Assembly: GCA_040954595.2 (NCBI GenBank)
Contig: CM082585.2
Location: forward strand, 5,233,808 to 5,297,807
Direction of reading: 5' to 3'
Length of the DNA: 64,000 nt
Source of the DNA: Balanoglossus misakiensis
Lineage: Eukaryota > Animalia > Hemichordata
Below are positions 1-10,304 of the stretch, one piece after another. Numbering within the stretch: position 1 is the first letter of the stretch; every line of letters starts with the position of its first letter. The position numbers were made by a program, and so were the translations under genes. The notes beneath the pieces were generated by a model. The model was not told where the DNA came from. It did no database searches and saw nothing but the letters and a program-made list of their open reading frames with translations.

Positions 1-456
1 AAATCAAAGTAATGCTCGTGATTTACACATGCGACATGAATACCTTATAGTTTTGGTGGAAATCATACTTTGTTCGTTCTACAGACACAGCTCCGGGATA
101 TAGGCACACATTTTCAACATCAGAAAAACAACAGTGGTACATTAAAATATTAGGGTAAAGAATTAATTGACATTATACAGTGATTTTCAATGGAATTGCA
201 ATTCTTAACCGGGTAAATGTCACATGATACGGATTCTTGTGAATGACTCACGTAAACAAAACCATCGGTCATCACGACTAAAAAAGAAAATCGTATGACA
301 TCACAGACACAAAGAAAAGGATTGACCAATAGAAAGGGAGAACGCGGCAGGGCAGGTAAAAAGCACGACATCGACAAAAACTCTTGCAGGTAAACTTGCG
401 AAGAACATTTTGGTAGCTGACGAGCATCTGTGAGGAGCATCTGAAGTCAAAAAAAG

Positions 457-1159
457 ATGGGTAATTGGTGCAGTGGTGGCGACGCCAACGAAGGTAGTCC
501 ACGAGGTCGCAAATACCAACCATCAAACACAGGTTCCAGCGCAGATTATAATGAACCGAGGAGGACGTACACACGACCACCAAATTCAGGTTTGCAAAAT
601 GAATAACGTATAGGATAGTTGTGACAGATGAGAAGACGACCATCACTTGAACGTATATTGCAAATAACTGAGTGTTCTGGTTCACAAGTAGTTTAACCTT
701 CCATTGCGAGATTTTGTGGAGAACGATCAACGTTTAGCAGAAAAACTCAAAGTATATTTAAGTCTATCAAATAACACATAAAACTTTAAAATGCTGGCGG
801 GTGACATTTTTTCAGAACCAATAAATTCGACTGATCATAAATATACTAATACCAGGTGTTTCTTTTGTTCTTACAACACAATTTCTCATTTTTACAGAGC
901 AAATAGATTTATCCTTGTACGATGGAGGGCTTTACGATAGTTCAGGTACGTAGACAGCGTTTACTACGCACATAGTTTTAGGTTTGGTCAGATGGTCTTA
1001 CATCCAGGCTAGTTTTATGACATTTCCAATCATGGTAACATTTCTTAAGAAGCAATCAAACCTTATGAAGTGACAGTTTCTCCATTTTCTTGCAAGTTTT
1101 TTGCAATGAGTAAAGTCTACAATTCTTCTTTGTTTGCAGGAAACTACTATCGCCGCTAG
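457..1159 (+). CDS. 3-exon gene for a 66-aa microprotein with N-myristoylation/palmitoylation-type start (MGNWCS), family unknown
   Basis: Exons 457-589 (CAG|GTTTGC), 898-945 (ttttacag|, CAG|GTACGT), 1140-1159 (tttgcag|, TAG). All junctions phase 1, giving MGNWCSGGDANEGSPRGRKYQPSNTGSSADYNEPRRTYTRPPNSEQIDLSLYDGGLYDSSGNYYRR*. Donor at 1168 or 1177 and acceptor ending 1583 suggest a 3'UTR intron. Not in the ORF track. Confidence 0.6.
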
Positions 1160-3518
1160 TGCTTCAGGTAACACAGGTAAGACAATAAAATTAAAATATA
1201 GATAATCCGTCAAATATTTGATTAGTGTGCAACCAACGATGTATTTAGTTGACATCAATGGTTCTTTTGTTTAAACTGTGATTCAAATTAAGACGAGTTG
1301 GACAGTCTTGTGACGTGAGCACACAAGTTGGAAGTTGACGTCTTTGATAGGGAGCGGCTGTGTGGAATTTCAAAAGTGAAAGTGACTTCACTCTAATGTC
1401 GTCTGATAAAAAATGGCAAAAACAACTGACAGAGCATGCGTGGACAAGAAAACAGGCGGGGCTGGGAGGTCAGATGATCGATCATTATAACGTCTATGTG
1501 AACGACTGAAGGTTTATTACAATAGAGTAATTTTATGACAAACAGCACACTAATTACTTTATTTTCACGTTATTTACTTTCAGGCGTTTCGATTTACCCG
1601 AAACTTGTGACAGAGTCTACATTGTTTTAAGACCATATAAGGAGATTGTTACCATATAAGGAGATGGTGACAAAGCAGAAATCATTGGAATTCAGTTACA
1701 ATGACGAATTGGGGATTCCCCCTGCAGACGAATGACTATAATCTAAAAGTATATTAATCATTTTGGAATAGTAATTTTGACTTTCGATGGGCTTTTAAAT
1801 ATATATACCATTTAACACTGTAATATCCAAATTTTGTTTTTGTTTTCATAGTGCTAGGAAGTTCTGTTTTTCCTTTGCTTTGGTGAGAAATACTGGTTTG
1901 GTCACAATCGCCATAATCTTTCAATTTCTTACTGTGTGCTGTGATGCTCCATATTAGCTCAGAAATTCTTCTTCAGAAAATATTGCGTCCAATTCAAACA
2001 GAATAGCATGCACATGGATATTGTACACAAAATGGTGATTGGAAGCTCAGGCCAGTTCAGTGTCCAAGAATAAATCGTCGTTTGTTTGATTTTTTTCACG
2101 TGGCCACCCGGCAGAAATTGGCTGATCTCACATTTCCACGCGTACGGTAGCTCTGCTTAAATTTGCATAGGAAACCTATATTTTTTACTTTTGAAAACAA
2201 TGTAGTTCAAGAAAAACGCCTTGACCCATATCCGTTGACACAGAGATGTAGTAAATATTTTGAGTAATTTGTATTTCATAGAATACCACTGACTTTATAT
2301 GTACATTTTCAGTTCTTATATACAGTGATTTTGTTTTGCACATTATATGAATGGTACGAAGGTTTCATTGTAAATGTATTTCAAAGTTGACATGTATTTT
2401 CTTTAGTGTGAAATAGTTCACAGGTTAGGTCTGACCATGATGAGTTGCCAATATAGACATTAGTTTTAGTCTTCCATGGTAACTGTACATTTTTAACTTA
2501 ATCAATCTAATAAAATACACTAGTTGATAATACACACCTGAAGATGCGTGATCTTTTGTTAATTACATTCTTTGCAAATAGCTTCATACACAGTCCAGAA
2601 GGTTAACAAGAAAATTGATCTTTTGGCGCTACTAAATATGCACCCAAGAAACATCATACATAATGGAATGACATTTTTGGGATATCCACCTGATATAGAC
2701 GTGTGCCATTTTCCCCACGAAAACGCAGACAACAGATTACCTGCGTGTATTCCAATGGTGAAGCGAAAGTGTGCCACGTGAACTATCTATACACACTACT
2801 ACTAGCAGCTGATAACATTGCTGCAATTGTTTTTCAAAATACAATGGCAACAAAATCTGTCGTGTGTGCGTGATGTGAATCTGAGGCGATTAAAGAGAAA
2901 AATTTAGCTGCCAACTCGGTGTCTTTGGCCAATAGTACTATTGGCACCATGAGAAAGTGTGTGCATTGAGTCGATATTACTTGAGAACATCGAACACTTA
3001 ATTACTAAATTGTAGACAAATTTAGCAAATTCTACACAGCTGACCTTTGACCGAGAAACACATTCCGTAAAGGTCATGCGCAGCAATTCAAAGGACATAT
3101 ATAGGTTTAGCTTAAACAGCATTTCGAGCTGTAAATATATCATTACACCAAAAGCTTATAAACATTCGGAACTTGTTAAAAAGAATGACATAATCAAGAA
3201 ATATTTAAATCAATATTTCAGTCAAGCGCCTTTAATTGTTGCAAGCTCGTTCCATATATGATTATATGAAACAAATAAGTGGATGCTTCGTATGTTACAC
3301 TGATGCATCATATATGTTCTAGTTGCAAACGTTTTCAGTGGATGAATTCCCTGTCTACTTGAGTTTATATTATTTTCAATATAAGTCAACATAATTTTTT
3401 TCAACCATTACATACATTTTTTGTTAATAATGTTTAATCTTAAATGAAAGAAGGCCATAAGCCGTCATTAAGGCGTCAGATGTTTTCAAAAGATATATTG
3501 GTGCTTTCATGACTTGTT

Positions 3519-3637
3519 GGGGAATTCCAGAAATTGGCCAATGGCAATGACACACGCGCGCCGCTTCTAAGACCAATAGAAATATTCTACGTGTTGCTCC
3601 ACACATGAGATCTTGCGCAATTCCAATACTATAAATA
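3519..3637 (+). promoter_or_regulatory. Putative inducible promoter: kB site, CCAAT boxes, C/EBP site, TATA
   Basis: GGGGAATTCC 3519-3528 (fits GGGRNNYYCC), CCAAT near 3538 and 3573, TTGCGCAAT 3613-3621, TATAAATA 3630-3637, about 90 bp before ATG 3729. Confidence 0.6.
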
Positions 3638-3728
3638 TCGAACAAGCGTTTTGTAGAAAGTAGTTAGGTGACCACATCATCCACGACTTTTGCAGAATTT
3701 TTTTTCCTCTCGCAAAAATCAAAAAAAC

Positions 3729-4248
3729 ATGGGCAACCAAAGCAGCAACGAGCCACGACCAAGAACCAGCAATTCAGGCTACTACTCAACCAGTGGTAAT
3801 TCGTATCCGAATGTCAGTTCAAACGAACCGAAGAAAGGTATGTCAAATTTCCGTTGAAATTGTCTTTGCCTTTTGCGTCAGTGTTACAGCGAACTCGATT
3901 CCCACGAAAAGTAAGTTCCATAACCATTTGCAAAAACCCAATCAGCCAATGGATTTTCTGACCAACTTTTTTTTCAAATCATATTAACAACAACTTTTTT
4001 TCTGTATTTTTCTCAAGCTGTGCGCAAACGTCGTTACGAACCTGAAGGTGGGCATTGCGGCGACGCAGACTGTCTTGAAAGAGGTAAGCATCTAAACAAA
4101 TATCACGCAGTTTTCCAAAAGAAAAGAAAATATTACGAGAAATTACCAATGTGTTTCATACGATTCCTATCTCCTCATGGACCTCATTTTCTGTCAATGT
4201 TCTCACTGTTTACAATTTTCTCCCACAGGATTTGTTCATAACCGTTAA
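3729..4248 (+). CDS. 3-exon gene for a 64-aa microprotein with N-myristoylation-type start (MGNQSS); same architecture as the 457 gene
   Basis: Exons 3729-3837 (AAG|GTATGT), 4018-4083 (ttctcaag|, GAG|GTAAGC), 4229-4248 (cccacag|, TAA). All junctions phase 1, giving MGNQSSNEPRPRTSNSGYYSTSGNSYPNVSSNEPKKAVRKRRYEPEGGHCGDADCLERGFVHNR*. Donor GTGAGT at 4288 lies 40 nt after the stop. Confidence 0.62.
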
Positions 4249-5430
4249 CACATTTGGACAGGAATGCCCACGTCCTACTTTTGGCCGGTGAGTACATCAG
4301 ATTACCTCATTGTTTACTGTTCACTACTTTTAAAACAACCGCCTTGATGTCTTCTCTGAAAAGAATATTCACTGTGTATCATGTCCAAGCCCAAGTGGTA
4401 CTGCATGTATTAAAAGTCCGTATAGCTTGTTGCCAAAGCAAAATAGAGTACCGCCTTAGTGTCATGATAGTATACGGGGTCAACATTCATGTTATCTTGT
4501 GTTGCAAATACAATGCTCTGACAAAAGACACTCGGGTCTAGCACATTCCAGCTCAGCTAAACCCTGAGGTTTTGTTGATTTATTTATAGCAGAGAGTCAC
4601 ACGAGAACAGATCAGAATTTTTCGTTGTGGCACTGTTAGATTTGCTCTTGCACTTACTGTATTTCGATTCATTTACAGATTACCATATAAATTCTGAAAC
4701 CGGCAAATACCTCCTCAAGCCTTCACCATCGTCTACAGTGCACAACATCATGTTTCAAGGACAAGTACTCCGTCCCAGGGAAAATCCAAGTCGTTTTAGC
4801 AAGGACGCAGAGAAACTTGTTTCAATCACCATCTTTAGTACTGTTGACATTGTCATTAATTATGTTACGTTACAATGACACCGTTGTCCAAACACTGTAA
4901 TTCAACACAATGTTTATTGTTTTACCACAAACACCCGATCTGCCATTCACTGTCTACGTCACCACCGTGTGATACCCGCTTTTAAATATCAAAGTTTTCA
5001 CAGTTAAACATTAAATTACACTAATATTATTTTTGAGGCTGTGTCAATCATATTTTTATATTAATGTCTATACATGTTGTCAGGTCGTTCTTTTACTGCC
5101 AGAGTTGTAATTGTTCACTTTCATTCCTTTGTCGCAATGTAAAATTAATTCGGTGAGGTTTTATGTGTATGGATTTTTCACTTTTTCAAAATGAACAAAG
5201 GCCGATTCTCTCAAGGAAGTTACTTATAGTTCTTTATATGCAATACAAATGTGTTCAATTACATGGAATGTATCCTGTTTGATTATAGTTTATCACAGTA
5301 GTAGTGTAGTGTAGGTCAATTTGCCTTACTTTTGGATGTGCAGGTAATCTGAAGTTCTGTTATTAAAATATTAATATATTGACTCCATATGTCCATTAGT
5401 TTGTATGTATGGGTGAAACACCGCCACGTT

Positions 5431-5957
5431 AGTAGCATGACTCATTTTGACCGAGATTGGTTGGTTAACGATGATTGATAGACGAAACAGTTTTTTTTTT
5501 CAAAAACTTTCTCACAAAAACACTGTGCATGAATCAGCTAATTCTTGTGGAAATCCCCTCATCTATTATGCACTGGAATTTACCGACCAGTAGCATGACT
5601 CACTGTTGGCGTTGATTGGCTGATCGTCCTGAATGACAGGGAGTATCTTTTAAAAGAATACCTTAACAAACAAACACTTTTCAATTTACGTTTTTTCCCG
5701 AGGTATTTGTGTGTGACCCATTACTTTTATTCAAGTTGGGCTTCAACTGTTCAAAAAGCATAACGAACGGACGGACGACAAAAAGGATGATGACATCGCT
5801 GGTCAGAACATGAGAAAATAACCACTGAAATGCTAATACGGTTGTGCCCCGAACCTTATTGGTCTTAATTTTATACTATCAGCCAACCAAAAATCAACAC
5901 CAGATCCCATTGGTCACAACTGAATAATAGCATTCCTCCAAAATCACACATATAAAA
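5431..5957 (+). promoter_or_regulatory. Promoter of His/Cys paralogue A: duplicated AP-1 module, kB site, TATA
   Basis: AGTAGCATGACTCA occurs twice (TGACTCA 5438-5444 and 5596-5602), each followed by GATTGG. GGAAATCCCC 5549-5558 (reverse complement GGGGATTTCC). TATAAAA 5951-5957. Confidence 0.5.
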
Positions 5958-6091
5958 TTTTAACGTCAGGGTGCGTAGTTGTCTACCTTGAGTACATTCA
6001 AAATCAAGACTGCCAAGTATTGGTCCACAAGTCAATTCATCGAGTTGAACGTGTGCTGTTTAATCACCTGTACAACTTATGATTGCCCATC

Positions 6092-6397
6092 ATGTCAGCT
6101 ACAGAAACTGGACTAAGACACCCACACAATGGCGTGGAAATACACTATGACGAGAGATGCGAATATATTATTTTGAGACGAAGGTCGCAATACGTCCAAG
6201 AAGACCGCCAGTATCAAGTGAAGGTAATCCAACGACATTGCTACTGTCCAAACCCCAAGCCGAGGGTGGAAACACATCGAAGTCATTGGTGTGCCTACAG
6301 GCAAACCCGCCATCGTAACTATTACAAACTGGTTCAAAGTTGCGTGTGTGGACGATTCTACTCTCCTAATCCAAACATTGATGTAAACGAGCTGTAA
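6092..6397 (+). CDS. Intronless 101-aa His/Cys-repeat protein, paralogue A (putative double HCCC zinc module)
   Basis: First in-frame ATG at 6092. GVEIHYDERCEY...RHCYC...VETHRSHWCAY...LVQSCVCGRFYSPNPNIDVNEL aligns by eye with the ORFs at 8025 and 9912. No signal peptide. Confidence 0.8.
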   Translation: MSATETGLRHPHNGVEIHYDERCEYIILRRRSQYVQEDRQYQVKVIQRHCYCPNPKPRVETHRSHWCAYRQTRHRNYYKLVQSCVCGRFYSPNPNIDVNEL

Positions 6398-7628
6398 ATC
6401 ACGGGTGGTGACGTTAAGGACAGGTCCAACAAAAACAAAAACTTTACAACTGTGACGTGGTGGAGAAAAGCGTCAAAGAGCTCGCGTTGGCCTAACTGGA
6501 ACGAGTGACGTCACTGAACAACATGCGTTGGAAGATTACACAGAGACATTGAATCAAGGACTTCAGTCAAGTCACCTATGGACATGTACTTCTACACGGG
6601 ACACAATTTTCCTCATCATCAGCATTCGTCGGCGAAAGATTGGCCACTGACTGATTTAATCCACACATAGCAAAATGTGTGCACCATCTAAAAAGGCAAC
6701 GTTTAAAAATATCGGACACTGTAAATTCACATAAGGTTTCATTTCGCAACAGGTTTTGAACAATTTTTTTGTATTTAATTTTAGTAGTGACTTCAATTGC
6801 CATGCCACTGATGTTACTGAACAGTCTTGGCGTTGTTTTCACTAACAGAAATACAATAGAAATTTTACACTTCTGTGCCATAGTTTACAAGAGTAATGGC
6901 GTCCTGCCACGTCACATTATAATATCCAACTATAGTTCACACTGGGAATTTCCAGATTTCAAAAAATTGACATTCATTCGTCGCATGATTACATTTAATG
7001 GTAATTACATTCAAGTGAGCGCCACCTTTGCATTAGAGGAATTTGAAGTAGACATTTCTCAGAATTGCTGGTATTTTCGAAAAATCTGATTTAGCTAGAT
7101 GATCTAACGGCGAATTGCTTGCTGATCTGGCTATCATTACTATGAACCTTTAATCTATTATACTAAATAATCGCGTTACCACGTATCTGAACGAAGAAGA
7201 GATGGAAAGAGGCTTTCTTATTCTACTAAAACCTACAGACTTTGGATAAATAGCATCTGATTAAGGACAACTCATAAGAGTTATTGGAAATATATAAAAA
7301 ATCAAAAGGGTACATACTGACTAAATCCATTACAAGGAACAGACCATGAAAGTACTTTGCGAATGTATCGTTATATATTGGGAATTGACTGTGTAATCAG
7401 TGAATATTTGGGAGCACTTTCTCCTAAACTTTATTAGTACATTCCCGCTTCTACAACAGATTGGTTTTTCGCTATTCTCACTAATAAAACTGAAGATACA
7501 CTTGACTTGACATTGTCCGTGTCAGTAAACTTTGCTTTATTAAGTCATTTTTATGAATTTGGCAGAGGAAATGAGGAATCCACCGCGCCCATAATTCTGC
7601 AAAAAAACGCTGACCTGTTTATCAGCCT

Positions 7629-7882
7629 GGAAAATCCCGTGAGTTATCTGGGTGGGGGAATTTTCTCTGTGACTCATTGCAGTCGCTTGTGATTGGATAA
7701 TGTCTGGGGTTTTCCATGGGCGGTGGGTCGTAAACAAGTATAATTAGATGTCCAATGGGAACACACCACGTTTGTTTATTCGGCGAGAATGACTCGGGCC
7801 TTTGGCTGTATGTTTGAACGGCTGCAACGTCACTTGAAAGGTCAAACAACGAATTTTGTCAGATTTACACCAATATATAAAA
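7629..7882 (+). promoter_or_regulatory. Promoter of paralogue B: clustered kB sites, AP-1, TATA
   Basis: GGAAAATCCC 7629-7638, near-consensus GGGAATTTTC 7656-7665, TGACTCA 7670-7676, GGGGTTTTCC 7706-7715, TATATAAAA 7874-7882. Confidence 0.6.
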
Positions 7883-8024
7883 CCCCTGAAAATATATATA
7901 CTTGTCTGTCCTAAAAAATTGCCAAGCCTGAAGGTAAACACTGACGTTACGGAAGGGATTTTGAACGCTACATTGACGAACGGCTTCTGTTGTTGGGCCC
8001 ATTCCGACCTACCCTTCACAAACA

Positions 8025-8363
8025 ATGGCGAATGAAGTTCCTCCGAACCGATTGCCAGAGGGGTTAGAAATTCATTATGAGAAGAGTTGCAAGTACAAAA
8101 TCGACAAAAGGCGGTCCATTTTCGACGAAGAAAACCAGGTCTATGTAATTAAATGTTTGCGGAGATACTGTCACTGTCGAAGAAGTCTGAACAAAAGAAC
8201 AGAGACTCACAAAAACGACGCTTGTCAGTATTCGCGTCCAGACAAGAACAACTGCTACGTGAACTATTACAGATTGGTTCGTATATGTAAATGTGCGAAG
8301 TACGATTCTCCGTATCCTAACATAGATTCTGATGAACCGAGCCCGCGGCCGCGACGTCGTTAG
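8025..8363 (+). CDS. Intronless 112-aa His/Cys-repeat protein, paralogue B
   Basis: aacaATGG start context. GLEIHYEKSCKY...RYCHC...TETHKNDACQY...LVRICKCAKYDSPYPNIDSDEP with a basic tail PRPRRR. Homologous to A and C. Confidence 0.85.
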   Translation: MANEVPPNRLPEGLEIHYEKSCKYKIDKRRSIFDEENQVYVIKCLRRYCHCRRSLNKRTETHKNDACQYSRPDKNNCYVNYYRLVRICKCAKYDSPYPNIDSDEPSPRPRRR

Positions 8364-9195
8364 TTTTACATCAACATCTGAACGTGGTTTCCACAGTACA
8401 ACAAAAGAAGGAAAAATCAACCATGGTTGATTCTACTTTGCTTTGAAACAAGGGCTTGACGATGACGCCACACAATCACCTACCGTATCCAGTAATACAC
8501 CAATATGAAAAATACAGACAAAATCTGTACACTGCAAATGCAGGCACATACTTTTGAAGAGGACTATTGTCTATTAGGACATATTCAGAAATCATATACG
8601 CGTGTGAGAGCTAGAACATTTGTTAATATAGCAGTTTTCATTTATTCAAGTACATACAGTAGTTTTTCACCATGACCATACCGCAACATGCTTATAACAG
8701 AAGACAATAACAGTAAGCCATATGCTGGTTGTATGATAAACCAACTGTAACTGGTAAAATACCGAATTTGTAAGATACCGTCATACCAACATCAAAATGG
8801 CGTTCATTGTGATCATGAGAGCTGTTGGTTTATATAGAAAGTATCTTCTTTTATGATGTTTGCTATATCTCGTTTCTTGTACAGTGTTTGCGTGTATGCC
8901 CCTATTGGGTAAATAAGGGAAATGGTGAGAGCATTTCAGAGAAGTGATTACAAAAAAAGATATTCACAAATATTTTCTTTAATTGGGACTGCGAAACTCT
9001 CGTAAATCAACAGAGATATATAAAAGTGAAAGTTCTAAATATTTCAGTTCACTCCATCTCGGGACAAAACCTCCCCAAACATCGACGCCCAAAGTTACAG
9101 CAGAAGAACGCAATTCGTAGGCTGAAAGTGACTTTGTTGGAAAAAGGTTTCCTTCCTAGATTCTCAGTGCGCTAGTTGACACAACAAAGTATACC

Positions 9196-9306
9196 ATGCC
9201 TAATGAAGGACAAGCAAGAAGAGTAAAAGATGGAGTTGAAATTCATTTTTCGGAAAAATGCAAATGGGAACAATCACCTACCGTATCCAGTAATACACCA
9301 AAATGA
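9196..9306 (+). pseudogene. Internally deleted fourth paralogue (D) of the His/Cys family
   Basis: TATATAAAA 9017-9025, then accATG and MPNEGQARRVKDGVEIHFSEKCKWE, which matches the family N-terminus. It then joins a 66-bp copy (9270-9335) of paralogue B's downstream sequence (8472-8537) and stops after 36 aa. Confidence 0.75.
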
Positions 9307-9787
9307 AGAATACAAACAAAATCTGTACACTGCAAGGCCCGCATAGCTACGCCAAATAATCACTTACACTAATCAGTATATCTGGACTCTCGGCCAACCC
9401 GTAGGAGACGGGATAACAGCGCTCAACACTAAATAATATTTTGCAACCATCGAAGTCAACCACGCGAAGGAAATCGGACACAGCGCTAGCAATTGACATG
9501 GGCAGGACATTTTTCAAGCGTTAACTTCAACTTCAAGGACAAAATCGACATACGTGTCCAGTATGGACAAAATTCAGCCAGTTTGCTATATTAATCCCAG
9601 TGAAATCGCATTAGCAGTGAAACACTTGGCTGTTCAAAATTATCGCCATTTTTGACTATTTTAACATTTTTATAAGAATTCTTTACTGCTTTTCGTATAA
9701 TTTGTTTTCTGCAAGTGACAGTATATGATTCATGTGTCTAAAGATAGTTACAATATTTCGTAACCCTATTGCTTCTCTCAAAGCGGG

Positions 9788-9820
9788 GGGAATTCCCACC
9801 CATTTTCTGTTTATATAAAA
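9788..9820 (+). promoter_or_regulatory. Perfect palindromic kB site next to the TATA box of paralogue C
   Basis: GGGAATTCCC 9788-9797 and TATATAAAA 9812-9820, about 90 bp before ATG 9912. Confidence 0.65.
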
Positions 9821-9911
9821 GGTAGAAAATTTTCCTACAGGCGCTCTAACGTCTCACTTGCTTTTGCGAGAAGGTGGGCAGTATAACTGTAATTTCGATC
9901 TACTCCAAAAA

Positions 9912-10304
9912 ATGGCTGATCCAAACGAAGTGAGAAGAAACAAGCGTTTACCCAGCGGTCACGAACGACACCTGGATGATGACCGGTGCAGATACGGAAT
10001 TGACCAAGAACGAAGCGAATACTACTTTAATGAATACGGACACAAAATCTACACAGAAAAGCACATAGTGAGAGACTGTTACTGCCCGTACTACAAAGAC
10101 CGTTGGGACAACCGCAAAGACTCTCGCCCACGAAAGAGAGACGGGTACGAAATCCACTCCGGAAACAACTGCACCTACCACTCGCATAGTTACATAAAAA
10201 GAAATCACGACGTCAAGAAGTTGATCCGATACTGCAGCCCTGAATGTGGGCGGTTCGCCAGCCAAGAACCAGATCCAGGCGCAACGGATGTTAACGAACC
10301 ATAA
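9912..10304 (+). CDS. Intronless 130-aa His/Cys-repeat protein, paralogue C
   Basis: aaaaATGG at 9912. GHERHLDDDRCRY...RDCYC...GYEIHSGNNCTY...LIRYCSPECGRFASQEPDPGATDVNEP shows the same duplicated motif and C-terminal D[VS][ND]E signature. Confidence 0.85.
   Translation: MADPNEVRRNKRLPSGHERHLDDDRCRYGIDQERSEYYFNEYGHKIYTEKHIVRDCYCPYYKDRWDNRKDSRPRKRDGYEIHSGNNCTYHSHSYIKRNHDVKKLIRYCSPECGRFASQEPDPGATDVNEP

Noticed and set aside
85-136. Possible exon after ttctacag at the window start
   Set aside because: Weak donor and no context. It may belong to a gene outside the window.
2572-3261. Coding-like stretch (MHPRNIIHNGMTF..., CCNC...CRVC in another frame)
   Set aside because: Multiple stops in all frames and no match to the neighbouring families. 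Possibly a decayed element; cannot be assigned.
4590-4878. Further coding exon(s) of the 3729 gene
   Set aside because: They lie after the in-frame TAA at 4246-4248 and are more simply read as 3'UTR, unless exon 3 is skipped.
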